Positions 9,385-18,334 of a DNA stretch of 32,000 nucleotides are shown here, one piece after another. The notes below the pieces were generated by a model. The model did not search any database. It was given only the letters and a program-made list of their open reading frames with translations, and was not told where the DNA came from. The DNA is taken from the NCBI RefSeq assembly GCF_022701215.1, contig NZ_CP089976.1, forward strand, positions 1,860,001-1,892,000. Direction: 5' to 3'. The position numbers and the translations under genes were made by a program. Every line of letters starts with the position of its first letter. Position 1 is the stretch's first letter. This DNA is from Moraxella nasovis. GTDB lineage: Bacteria > Pseudomonadota > Gammaproteobacteria > Pseudomonadales > Moraxellaceae.

Positions 9385-9763
9385 TCAAGTGCTTATTTGG
9401 TATGGCTTTAATAAACCAAATAAAATTTCTGCCCGTGTGCTCAATCTTTTAAAAGATATGGACAACGAGTTGTATTTTAGTGTGGCAAGTATTTGGGAAT
9501 TAACCATCAAATCATTATTAAACAAACCTGATTTTCCGCAAGATATTGAAAAATTAAGAATTGGTTTATTAAATAATGACATAAAAGAATTGCCAATTTC
9601 GCCACGTCAAATTAAAAACTTGCATGATTTTACCCATATCCATAAAGACCCTTTTGACCGCTTGTTATTAGCCCAAGCTTACACCGAAAATTTTTATTTT
9701 TTAACCGCAGACAGTTTAATTTTAAAATACGATTTTGATTTTATTATTGATGTAACTGCTTAA
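9362..9763 (+). CDS. PIN-domain (VapC-like, COG3744-type) toxin
   Basis: 133 aa from ATG 9362 ([15 protein letters not shown]...[11 protein letters not shown]...[11 protein letters not shown]). The acidic PIN residues are in the expected places. The ORF-track start at 9326 would put 12 extra codons inside the antitoxin. Confidence 0.8.
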   Translation: MVKILLDSQVLIWYGFNKPNKISARVLNLLKDMDNELYFSVASIWELTIKSLLNKPDFPQDIEKLRIGLLNNDIKELPISPRQIKNLHDFTHIHKDPFDRLLLAQAYTENFYFLTADSLILKYDFDFIIDVTA

Positions 9764-9792
9764 ATTTAATTTTGAAAATTTGGAAAAAAATT

Positions 9793-11313
9793 ATGACCAA
9801 CCAAACCGAATTAACTGACGCTAACAAACTAATCCGAGAGCGTCTTGAAAAATTAGACATATTAAAACAAAAGGCAAGCGAACATGGTAAAACTGCCTAC
9901 CCAAATACCTTTAAGCCTGCCGACTTTTGTGCGGATTTACAGGAAAAATTTGCCGATGTGGATAAAGCGACCTTAGAAAGTCAAGCTGAACTGGGCAATA
10001 AAACCTACGCCAAAATTGCAGGGCGTGTCATGCTCAACCGTGGCTCGTTTATTGTCATTAGCGACATGACAGGTCGCATTCAGCTGTATGTGGACAGAAA
10101 AGGCCTGCCTGCTACGACTTTGGAGCTGATAAAATCACTTGATTTGGGTGATATTGTGGGGGCGGTGGGCTATATCGGACGCTCTGGTAAGGGGGATTTG
10201 TACATTCATTTGGAAGATTTTGAGATTTTGACCAAGTCGCTTCGCCCACTGCCAGACAAATTTCACGGACTTAGCGACACCGAAGTCAAGTACCGCCAGC
10301 GTTATTTAGATTTGATGGTCAATGAAGATACTCGCAAGACTTTTTTGATTCGTGCCAAAGTCATTGCAGGCATTCGTGCGTTTTTGAGTGCTGAGCGTTT
10401 TATGGAAGTAGAAACGCCAATGATGCACGTTATCCCAGGTGGTGCGTCTGCTCGTCCGTTCGTTACACATCACAACGCCCTTGATATGGAGCTGTTCTTA
10501 CGCATCGCCCCAGAGCTTTATCTAAAACGCCTTGTGGTAGGTGGGTTTGACCGTGTGTTTGAGATTAACCGTAATTTTCGTAACGAAGGCGTATCTACTC
10601 GCCACAACCCTGAATTTACGATGATTGAGTTTTATCAAGCTTATGCCGATTATACCGATTTGATGAGCTTAACCGAGCGAATGCTTGAACAATTGGCGAC
10701 CGACATTTTGGGTAGCACCGATGTGCCTTATGGTGATGAAGTGTTTAGCTTTCAAGGTCCATTTAAAAAAATTACAATGCTTGATGCAATCTTAGAGCAT
10801 AATCCAAGTTTTGGTCCTGATGATGTCAATGATGTTCAATTTTTGACAAATTTCATCAAAACCCAATTAAAACAAGAAGTTAAACCGTCTTTTGGCTTGG
10901 GTAAATTACAAACCATCGTGTTTGAAGAAACCGTGGAAACCAAGCTTCGTCAGCCCACCTTTATCACTGAGTATCCTGCCGAGACATCGCCATTGGCTCG
11001 CCGTAATGATGACAATCCGCACGTTACCGACCGCTTTGAGTTCTTTATCGGTGGGCGTGAGCTTGCCAATGGATTTAGTGAGCTTAATGACCCGATAGAC
11101 CAAGCCGAGCGATTTGCCCAACAAGTTGCCGAAAAAGACGCAGGCGATGATGAAGCGATGCATTATGACGCTGATTTTATTGAAGCCTTAGAATATGGCT
11201 TACCACCAACCGCAGGGCAGGGAATTGGCATTGACCGACTGGTGATGCTCTTTGCTAACGCCCCAAGCATTCGTGATGTGATTTTATTCCCACATATGCG
11301 TCATAAGGGCTAA
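9793..11313 (+). CDS. lysS: Lysine--tRNA ligase (class II)
   Basis: Near-collinear with E. coli LysS: [37 protein letters not shown] and [12 protein letters not shown] prefer ATG 9793 (MTNQTEL) over the TTG at 9772 in the ORF track. Confidence 0.95.
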   Translation: MTNQTELTDANKLIRERLEKLDILKQKASEHGKTAYPNTFKPADFCADLQEKFADVDKATLESQAELGNKTYAKIAGRVMLNRGSFIVISDMTGRIQLYVDRKGLPATTLELIKSLDLGDIVGAVGYIGRSGKGDLYIHLEDFEILTKSLRPLPDKFHGLSDTEVKYRQRYLDLMVNEDTRKTFLIRAKVIAGIRAFLSAERFMEVETPMMHVIPGGASARPFVTHHNALDMELFLRIAPELYLKRLVVGGFDRVFEINRNFRNEGVSTRHNPEFTMIEFYQAYADYTDLMSLTERMLEQLATDILGSTDVPYGDEVFSFQGPFKKITMLDAILEHNPSFGPDDVNDVQFLTNFIKTQLKQEVKPSFGLGKLQTIVFEETVETKLRQPTFITEYPAETSPLARRNDDNPHVTDRFEFFIGGRELANGFSELNDPIDQAERFAQQVAEKDAGDDEAMHYDADFIEALEYGLPPTAGQGIGIDRLVMLFANAPSIRDVILFPHMRHKG

Positions 11314-11329
11314 AAAAAATAGACGAAGT

Positions 11330-11424
11330 ATTTGCGATAATTTTAAAAACTGTTTTGGTTTTTTGGTGGCGTGTTTTTATCATTTTAATTGTTGATGAAA
11401 TCATGCACAGAATTTATCGCAAAT
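11330..11424. repeat. 11-bp inverted repeat ATTTGCGATAA / TTATCGCAAAT flanking a 73-bp T/G-rich segment
   Basis: Arms lie at 11330-11340 and 11414-11424. A direct repeat TTTTGGTGG occurs at 11361-11369 and 11455-11463. The element lies between the lysS stop and the first good terminator. Confidence 0.6.
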
Positions 11425-11518
11425 GTCCCAAAACCATCATAGTGATTTTTATTATTTTGGTGGGTTATTTTGTTGATATGGGTTTTATGTAATTTAAATA
11501 CATGAAACTTAAAAAAGT

Positions 11519-11546
11519 AGGGCAAATGTGATTTTGCCCTTTTTGT
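11519..11546 (+). terminator. Rho-independent terminator about 205 nt downstream of the lysS stop
   Basis: AGGGCAAA (11519-11526) pairs with TTTGCCCT (11533-11540), followed by TTTTT. It is preceded by AAAAAA, so it could work in both directions. Confidence 0.65.
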
Positions 11547-11613
11547 CAAATTTATCAAAGAAAATTTTTATGATTGGTAGGTGATTTTATCAATCAATAA
11601 TAAAAGGAATGAT

Positions 11614-13101
11614 ATGGGCAGTTTTATTTATTTAGAAGTGTTTGTGATTGTGTGCCTAATCTCTATTAGCACCACGCTATTTAACAAACGCTTTTTAAAT
11701 TTACCGCAAGCGATTGGTGTGCCAATTGTGTCGGCATTATTTGTCTTTGTGTTGCAATGGTCAGCAACCTTACTGGCTGGCAATCAATTCATCGCAATCA
11801 ACATTCACGCCATTGAAGAAGCGGTTCGCCATATCAATTTTTATGATTTTTTGATCAATGGGGTGATTTGTTTCATATTAACCGCTTCTGCGTTAAAATT
11901 TAAAGTTCATGATTTAAAAACCTATTGGAAGCCAATTAGTATTTTGGCGAGCATTGCTTTGTTATTATGTGCTTTTATTTTTGGCGTTTTGTTGTTTGGT
12001 TATCAATATATCACAGGTCATCATGTGCCACTGATTGTGCTTTTGCTGTTGGGTTCGGCATTGGGAGCGACTGACCCCATTGGCATTAAAGGCGTGCTAA
12101 GTTCCATCAAAGCCCCACGACATCTGATGATTAAATTAGAAGGTGAATCTTTATTCAATGATGCGATGTGTATCGCTGTATTTATGACCATTTTAAAAGT
12201 CATACAAGGCGATGGTTTTAATTTGGTTCATGTGTTGGAGCATTTGGCATTTGAAATCATTGTGGCGGTGATTATTGGTATCGTCTTTGGCAAAATGGCT
12301 CTTTATTTATTAAAGGGCAAAAATGAAATGGAAAGCCTAATATTAACCACCGCTGTTTTGGCAGCAGGTTCTTATCTGGTGGCTCTTTATGCTCATGCGT
12401 CCGCTCCGATTGCTTGTGTGATTGGTGGCTTGATGGTGGGTGATAAATGGCAAGCGTTTTTGGCGGATAAAGACATTGATGAAATTAACCATTTTTGGCA
12501 TACCATTGAAGGTATTATCAATTCCTTCTTATTTACGCTCATTGGGCTTGAATTATTCATTCTAGATTTGGATATTTATATCATCATTGGCGGTATTGTG
12601 GCGTTTATTGTGCTACATTTATCACGCTTTATTGCCAACTTTGCGTCATTTGCATTATTTCCAAGTGTCCGCAAAAATGCCTACAAAGGCACGATTGAAA
12701 TCCTATCATGGGGTGGAGTGCGTGGCGGTATTTCGCTTGCATTGATATTGGCGGTGGCAAACACGCCCCAACTACAACCTTATACCAATGTCTTGATTGG
12801 CTATACTTTTATTGCGGTGCTATTATCTGGGGTGGTGTGTGGACTTGGCTTGCCTGCGGTCATCAACGCTTTTTATTATAATCCCAATGAAGTGCAGACA
12901 GGTTTTGCTGGTTGGTATCAATGTATCATGCATAAAATCATGAACCGCTCAGACAGATTGTATGTACTCAATGAAGATAAATTTGGCAATCAGACCATCT
13001 CGCTCTATGAGCCTACGCCAGAAGAGCTTGAAGAATTGCCAGAATTTGACGACACCAAACACGAAACACCAAGTACACTTAATGACCCCAATCGTTTTTG
13101 A
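11614..13101 (+). CDS. CPA1-family Na+/H+ (cation/proton) antiporter, NhaP-like
   Basis: About 495 aa, polytopic, with GATDPIG and ESLFNDA motifs typical of CPA1 exchangers and a hydrophilic C-terminal tail. ATG 11614 has an AAGGA RBS. The GTG at 11581 in the ORF track is less likely. Confidence 0.85.
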   Translation: MGSFIYLEVFVIVCLISISTTLFNKRFLNLPQAIGVPIVSALFVFVLQWSATLLAGNQFIAINIHAIEEAVRHINFYDFLINGVICFILTASALKFKVHDLKTYWKPISILASIALLLCAFIFGVLLFGYQYITGHHVPLIVLLLLGSALGATDPIGIKGVLSSIKAPRHLMIKLEGESLFNDAMCIAVFMTILKVIQGDGFNLVHVLEHLAFEIIVAVIIGIVFGKMALYLLKGKNEMESLILTTAVLAAGSYLVALYAHASAPIACVIGGLMVGDKWQAFLADKDIDEINHFWHTIEGIINSFLFTLIGLELFILDLDIYIIIGGIVAFIVLHLSRFIANFASFALFPSVRKNAYKGTIEILSWGGVRGGISLALILAVANTPQLQPYTNVLIGYTFIAVLLSGVVCGLGLPAVINAFYYNPNEVQTGFAGWYQCIMHKIMNRSDRLYVLNEDKFGNQTISLYEPTPEELEELPEFDDTKHETPSTLNDPNRF

Positions 13102-13189
13102 TTGTTTGTTTGATGGTCTGCGTGTTTTGATTATTTTTAGCTCATTGTCTTAAAAAAAGGCGGTGAGCCATTTATTGGGAAATTGTTTT

Positions 13190-13213
13190 ATTGGACATAA
13201 TTGGACATATGTC
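13190..13213. repeat. Tandem direct repeat ATTGGACATA x2 running into the palindrome GACATATGTC
   Basis: Copies lie at 13190-13199 and 13200-13209. A third degenerate copy TTATTGGGAAA is at 13172-13182. The 10-bp palindrome is at 13204-13213. The element is about 150 nt upstream of dnaX. Confidence 0.6.
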
Positions 13214-13297
13214 TATCACAAGAGTAAGTAGCCCCCAAAATTAAAATTTATTGCTATGGTGGGGCTGATTTTATATCCCAAATCATGCAAAAATATG

Positions 13298-13324
13298 TTG
13301 AAAGGCGATAAAATACGCTATAAT
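13298..13324 (+). promoter_or_regulatory. Candidate dnaX promoter
   Basis: TTGAAA (13298-13303) and a perfect TATAAT (13319-13324), but the spacer is only 15 nt. It is 35 nt upstream of the ATG. Confidence 0.3.
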
Positions 13325-13358
13325 AGCCATCAATTTAGCCAAAATTTTATCCGCCATC

Positions 13359-15458
13359 ATGAGTGAATACCAAGTCCTTGCCCGTAAATACCGCCCCAAA
13401 AATTTTGATGAGCTTTTGGGGCAACGCCATGTCTCACAAGCTTTGTCGCACGCCATAGATACAGGGCGGTTGCACCATGCTTATTTATTTACAGGCACTC
13501 GTGGCGTGGGCAAGACGACCATTGCTCGTATTCTTGCCAAATGTCTCAACTGCGAAACAGGTGTAACTAGCACCCCCTGCGGTGTTTGCGATACTTGTGT
13601 GAGTGTGGATAGTGGGCGGTTTATTGATTTGATTGAGATTGATGCTGCCAGTCGCACCAAAGTAGAAGACACCAGAGACCTATTAGAAAACGTCCCCTAC
13701 GCCCCCACGCAAGGGCGATATAAGGTATATCTGATTGACGAAGTGCATATGCTGTCTACGCATTCATTTAATGCCTTATTAAAAACCTTAGAAGAACCGC
13801 CAGAACACGTCAAATTCATCTTAGCAACCACCGACCCACAAAAAATTCCTGTAACCATCATTTCTCGATGTTTACAATTTGTGCTAAGACCATTATCACA
13901 AGAATTACTACATAAACATCTTGCTAAAATCCTAAAAGAAGAACAAATTTGTTATGCCGATCAGGCAGTCTGGCAGCTTGCACAATCTGCTAAAGGCTCG
14001 GTGAGAGATGCGTTATCTTTAACCGATCAGGCGATTGCATTTGGTGGCGGTCAGATTGATGATGCGACTATCATGCAGATGTTGGGTCTTGTCGATAGTG
14101 TGGATATGATTGCCTTAATTGAAGCAATTTATACGGATAATCGCCAATTTGTTGCAAGCCAAATCCAAAAAATGAGATTGCAGATGGTAGATGCGACAGC
14201 TGTGCTTGAACGATTGACGGATACTTTGCACAGTTTGGCATTGTCACAGATCATGCCAGATTTACCGCTTGATATGAATGATGAACAAAAGCAGGCGTTT
14301 TATCAATTGGCATCACAGATTAGTCCAGATGTGTTACAGCTGTATTATGAAATTATCTTAAAAGCACATGACGCCATTCGCTTAGCAAGTACGCCAATGC
14401 AGGCTTTAGAGATGGGTATCTTGCGGTTATTGGCGTTTCGCCCCTTAACATCTGGTCAGGCATTGGTGGGCGATACATCATCACATTTAGATAACACACC
14501 CCATGATGAGTTAAGTGATACCCACCAAGCAGGCGACAAGCCACATCAAAATACTAATGATGAATCAGCAGAGTCTTCTAAGAAAGTCAAGATGGTCAAA
14601 TCTGACACAGATGAGCTGATCCATGTAAAATCAGATGATGATAAGGCAAAAACGCCTGATGTCTATGAGCTTGATGAAGTTAAGCAGTCTGATGAACCAC
14701 TGGCAATACCAGCCAAACCAATGCCTTTAGATCATGAATATGTTACGGATAGTCTGTCAGTACAAGTTAATGCTACTCCGATCCAAGACGACTTAGATGT
14801 TGACTCTATTCCATCACCGCATAAAAAAACCAACCAGTCGGTTTATTTTGAAAATACATCTGATACAAGACAACGTGACGCAGAGCTTGCTCCATTATCA
14901 ACTACTAACTTAGCTTTAAGTGATGATATTGCAAGTGATGATATTGCAAGTGATGATCATGGTCAAATAGCTACAGATTATAATAACCGCCTTACAAAAG
15001 AACAAATAAGACTTAAGATGCGACCAAAGCAAGTTGATCTTGTGGGCGAGTGGACGCCAGAGAAGTGGGATTATTGGGTATCGTGTGTTAGTGATGGGCG
15101 TTTATTTGACAATGATGAACTGGCACTTATTCAGTCAGCACAAATGATAGGGCAGATTGATGGCGATAGCGTGCTTCATATCCATCATTTGCACGATCAG
15201 ACGACAGCAATCTATCGTAATCTTAAGAAAAAGATTAATGATTATCTGCCAAATATCCGCCTTGCAGATGAGCCCTTAATGCTTGATGGAGCAATCAGCA
15301 CGCCATACCAGCATAATCTTGCTCGCCAAGAGCAGGTATTGATTGATGCTCAAAATCAACTCATCGGCAGCCCAGTAGCAGTTAAGCTATGGCAAAATGG
15401 TTTTATTTTTGATGATGGGCGTCCAATTATTGAAAAGACTAAATTATTGCTTGATTAG
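13359..15458 (+). CDS. dnaX: DNA polymerase III subunit tau (possibly also gamma)
   Basis: 699 aa. The N-terminus is collinear with E. coli DnaX: MSEYQVLARKYRP, GTRGVGKTT Walker A, Zn module CETGVTSTPCGVCDTC, LIDEVHML and ISRCLQF. A long acidic linker follows, then a C-terminal domain resembling tau domain V. Confidence 0.95.
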   Translation: MSEYQVLARKYRPKNFDELLGQRHVSQALSHAIDTGRLHHAYLFTGTRGVGKTTIARILAKCLNCETGVTSTPCGVCDTCVSVDSGRFIDLIEIDAASRTKVEDTRDLLENVPYAPTQGRYKVYLIDEVHMLSTHSFNALLKTLEEPPEHVKFILATTDPQKIPVTIISRCLQFVLRPLSQELLHKHLAKILKEEQICYADQAVWQLAQSAKGSVRDALSLTDQAIAFGGGQIDDATIMQMLGLVDSVDMIALIEAIYTDNRQFVASQIQKMRLQMVDATAVLERLTDTLHSLALSQIMPDLPLDMNDEQKQAFYQLASQISPDVLQLYYEIILKAHDAIRLASTPMQALEMGILRLLAFRPLTSGQALVGDTSSHLDNTPHDELSDTHQAGDKPHQNTNDESAESSKKVKMVKSDTDELIHVKSDDDKAKTPDVYELDEVKQSDEPLAIPAKPMPLDHEYVTDSLSVQVNATPIQDDLDVDSIPSPHKKTNQSVYFENTSDTRQRDAELAPLSTTNLALSDDIASDDIASDDHGQIATDYNNRLTKEQIRLKMRPKQVDLVGEWTPEKWDYWVSCVSDGRLFDNDELALIQSAQMIGQIDGDSVLHIHHLHDQTTAIYRNLKKKINDYLPNIRLADEPLMLDGAISTPYQHNLARQEQVLIDAQNQLIGSPVAVKLWQNGFIFDDGRPIIEKTKLLLD
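14919..14957 (+). repeat. 15-bp in-frame tandem repeat AGTGATGATATTGCA x2.6 inside dnaX
   Basis: Copies at 14919-14933 and 14934-14948, with a partial copy at 14949-14957. They encode SDDIA-SDDIA-SDD in the acidic linker. Confidence 0.9.
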
Positions 15459-15473
15459 AAATGGTGCAAATAA

Positions 15474-15510
15474 AATAAAGCCAAGATAACAATCTTGGCT
15501 TTATTTTTTA
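15474..15510. terminator. Bidirectional terminator shared by convergent dnaX and accC
   Basis: AGCCAAGAT (15479-15487) pairs with ATCTTGGCT (15492-15500) around loop AACA. The stem is flanked by an A-rich run on the left and TTATTTTTT on the right. Confidence 0.8.
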
Positions 15511-16857
15511 TTATTTGTTTTGTTGGAGTAGGCGATTTTCTAGGTAATGAATATTTTGGGCTTCATTCACAAAATCTTCATCTTGTAAAATCACATCACG
15601 ATGTAGCGGAATATTGGTATTAATACCTTCAATAATCAGTTCATCTAGGGCGTGTAGTGTTTTTGCTACCGCCTGTCTGCGAGTCTGAGCATGACAAATA
15701 AGTTTACCAATCAGTGAATCATAGTAGCTTGGAATCGTGTAGCCTTGATATAAATGCGAATCAAAGCGTACGCCTGAACCACTGGGGGTGAACAGTGTTT
15801 CAATCGTACCAGGGCAAGGCATAAACGTCTTAGGATCTTCTGCATTTATACGACATTCAATGGCATGTCCACGAATGGTAATCTCATCTTGGTGATAAGA
15901 CAAACCGTAGCCTGCGGCAATTTTCAGCTGTTCTACTACGACATCAATGCCAGTAATCATCTCGGTGACAGGGTGTTCGACCTGCACTCGAGTGTTCATT
16001 TCAATGAAGAAGAATTGACCATCTTCATATAAAAATTCAAACGTTCCTGCACCACGGTATTTAATCTGCTCGCACGCACGCACGCACGCTTGCAAAATTG
16101 GCTCCCGCACATCATCAGGAATGTCTGGTGCAGGTGCTTCTTCTAGCACTTTTTGATGGCGACGTTGGAGTGAGCAATCTCGGTCAAATAAGTGCAATGC
16201 ATGTCCATTGCCATCACCAAGTACTTGCACTTCGACATGGCGTGGATTCTTTAAGAAGCGTTCCATATAAACTGTATCATCACCAAAGGCACTAGCAGCT
16301 TCGGTTTTAGCAGCTTGAACTTGACCAAGTAATTCTTCAAATCGTTCAACGACACGCATACCACGACCACCGCCACCTGCGGCTGCTTTCACGATTAGGG
16401 GAAAGCCAATCTGACGGGCTTGTTCTTCAGCATTATGTAAAGTAATCGCACCTACAGACCCCGGTACGGTTGGTACGCCCGCTTTTTTCATTGCATGAAT
16501 AGCAGATACTTTATTACCCATTAGGCGGATGTGATCGGCATGTGGACCAACAAAGGTAAGCCCAAGCTCTTCTACTTTTTCGGCAAAATCTGCATTCTCG
16601 GATAAAAAACCATAACCTGGATGGATGGCATCAGCACCAGTTACCTCGGCTGCGGTTAAGATTTTATTAATATCAAGATAGCTTTGGTTAGATGGTGCAT
16701 TACCAATGCACACCGCCTCATCCACAAAACGTAAATGCATGAGATCTTTATCAGCGGTGGAGTAGATGCCAACAGTTGAAATGCCAAGCTGCTTACACGC
16801 ACGCACAATACGTAAGGCAATCTCGCCACGGTTGGCGATGAGCAGTTTTTTAATCAT
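15511..16857 (-). CDS. accC: Acetyl-CoA carboxylase biotin carboxylase subunit
   Basis: 448 aa: [27 protein letters not shown] and [20 protein letters not shown], close to E. coli AccC throughout. Confidence 0.95.
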   Translation of the reverse strand: MIKKLLIANRGEIALRIVRACKQLGISTVGIYSTADKDLMHLRFVDEAVCIGNAPSNQSYLDINKILTAAEVTGADAIHPGYGFLSENADFAEKVEELGLTFVGPHADHIRLMGNKVSAIHAMKKAGVPTVPGSVGAITLHNAEEQARQIGFPLIVKAAAGGGGRGMRVVERFEELLGQVQAAKTEAASAFGDDTVYMERFLKNPRHVEVQVLGDGNGHALHLFDRDCSLQRRHQKVLEEAPAPDIPDDVREPILQACVRACEQIKYRGAGTFEFLYEDGQFFFIEMNTRVQVEHPVTEMITGIDVVVEQLKIAAGYGLSYHQDEITIRGHAIECRINAEDPKTFMPCPGTIETLFTPSGSGVRFDSHLYQGYTIPSYYDSLIGKLICHAQTRRQAVAKTLHALDELIIEGINTNIPLHRDVILQDEDFVNEAQNIHYLENRLLQQNK

Positions 16858-16865
16858 GGCAAATC

Positions 16866-17288
16866 CTAATTCTTATAACGAATAACAGGCTGACCAAACT
16901 GCACAACGTCAGCATTATTAACCAAAATCTCTTCGATAATGCCGCTTTGAGTGGCCTCTAATGGATTCATAATTTTCATGGCTTCGATAATGCCAAGCTG
17001 ATCGCCTGCTTGTACTTTTTGACCAACTTTAACAAATGGCGGGTCATTTGGACTAGGTGCAGAATAAAATACCCCAACCATTGGTGATGTTTCTACTTTG
17101 CCTTGGGCGACATTAGCGGCAGGCGTAGCAGCAGCGACAGGTGCAGCGGGGACAACTTGCTGAGCAACGGTTTGTACAGCGACGTTACGAGTTAGACTGA
17201 TGTAGTTTTCATCGTGTCCGTACTCAAGATTTGCTAAATCTTTTTCTTCCATTAAATCAATTAGTTCACGAATTTTTGTGATATCCAT
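16866..17288 (-). CDS. accB: Acetyl-CoA carboxylase biotin carboxyl carrier protein
   Basis: 140 aa with an Ala/Pro-rich linker and the biotinylation motif EAMKIMN. It is 8 bp upstream of accC. Confidence 0.93.
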   Translation of the reverse strand: MDITKIRELIDLMEEKDLANLEYGHDENYISLTRNVAVQTVAQQVVPAAPVAAATPAANVAQGKVETSPMVGVFYSAPSPNDPPFVKVGQKVQAGDQLGIIEAMKIMNPLEATQSGIIEEILVNNADVVQFGQPVIRYKN

Positions 17289-17450
17289 GCCATTACCTTA
17301 TTCATTAAGAAAAAATTATTGTAACAAATTTTTGCAAAAACGACCAGTATTAAATCATTAATTAAGTAGAATTGGCAAATTTTTGATTGCCTATAGTGTA
17401 CATTTGTTTTGTTTTATTGCAAGTATTTTATCAAAAATTTTACAATTTTC

Positions 17451-18116
17451 TTAAAAATCATCGCTCATTTCATCAAGCCACTTAGGGTTGGACCATTTTT
17501 TGTTATATGCGTATTGATAATTTGCCATCATGTCTATGAGTGTATCAGGGTCTTTTGCGACACAAAGCAGCTGCAGATTTTGTTCGGGCATAAAACCTTC
17601 TTTAGCAGCTTTTTGGAGTATCTCAATGATGGGATCAAAAAATCCGTTCGTATTAAGTACACCGATAGGCTTTTTGTGCAGTCTTAGCTGAGCGAGCGAT
17701 AATACTTCAAACAGTTCTTCAAATGTGCCTAGACCGCCTGCTAGAGCAATAAAGCCATCGGCAAGCTCAATCATCTTATATTTGCGTGTCGCCATATCGG
17801 CGGTCTCAATAAGTGTAGTTAGATTGGTGTGTGCGACTTCTTGGGCTGCCAAAAATGTTGGTATGACGCCAACAGCTGTACCACCATGATGTAGCACGCT
17901 ATCGGCAATCGTACCCATTAAGCCTACCTTGCCACCGCCGTACACAAGACCGATATTGCGTCTTGCCATAACGCCACCAAGTTCTTTGGCTGCCTTGTAA
18001 TACACAGGTGTGTTGCCAAAATTTGAACCGCAATAGACAGCGATGTTGGTTAGTTTGGTGGGCGTGTCGTCGTCAATGGGGTGGCAAAGGTCTATTTTGA
18101 AGGTGGTCATATTCAA
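17451..18116 (-). CDS. LOG-family (TIGR00730) nucleotide 5'-monophosphate nucleosidase-like protein
   Basis: 221 aa with GGGKVGLMG and LAGGLGTFEELFE motifs (the LOG PGGxGTxxE signature). Confidence 0.85.
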   Translation of the reverse strand: MNMTTFKIDLCHPIDDDTPTKLTNIAVYCGSNFGNTPVYYKAAKELGGVMARRNIGLVYGGGKVGLMGTIADSVLHHGGTAVGVIPTFLAAQEVAHTNLTTLIETADMATRKYKMIELADGFIALAGGLGTFEELFEVLSLAQLRLHKKPIGVLNTNGFFDPIIEILQKAAKEGFMPEQNLQLLCVAKDPDTLIDMMANYQYAYNKKWSNPKWLDEMSDDF

Positions 18117-18282
18117 TCCAAGATTTGTGCAACTATCTTATAGTAGCATATTCTTTATTAAAATATATGAAACAAATGTGAAAATTTATAGCCTTATAAG
18201 CTTGAGTTTTGCCATAGTAAAACAAGTTTGGGTGCGATAAAGTTTAATGTATAACTAATGTATAAAATGAACTACTATCTTA

Positions 18283-18318
18283 TAAAACTAAACAAGCCCT
18301 TGATTATCAAGGGCTTGG
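18283..18318 (-). terminator. Rho-independent terminator after secF
   Basis: A perfect 12-bp inverted repeat: CAAGCCCTTGAT (18293-18304) and ATCAAGGGCTTG (18306-18317). A T-rich tract (TTTAGTTTTAT) follows on the minus strand. Confidence 0.75.
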
Positions 18319-18334
18319 CTTTAGGTTGTAAAGA

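Noticed and set aside
16071-16089. Tetranucleotide repeat (CGCA)x4.75 inside accC, the kind of SSR that drives phase variation in some mucosal pathogens.
   Set aside because: It lies in an essential gene and has fewer than five units. It simply encodes the conserved ACVRAC segment on the minus strand, and a unit change would destroy AccC. It is almost certainly coincidental.
18231-18270. dif-like sequence GGTGCGATAAAGTTTAATGTATAACTAATGTATAAAATG downstream of secF. It begins like the XerC arm GGTGCGCATAA and contains TGTATA.
   Set aside because: Only the first 6 nt and scattered positions match. There is no XerD arm (TTATGTTAAAT) and no inverted-repeat symmetry. The segment is instead a direct repeat of TAATGTATA. 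It is also not at a convergent, terminus-like locus.
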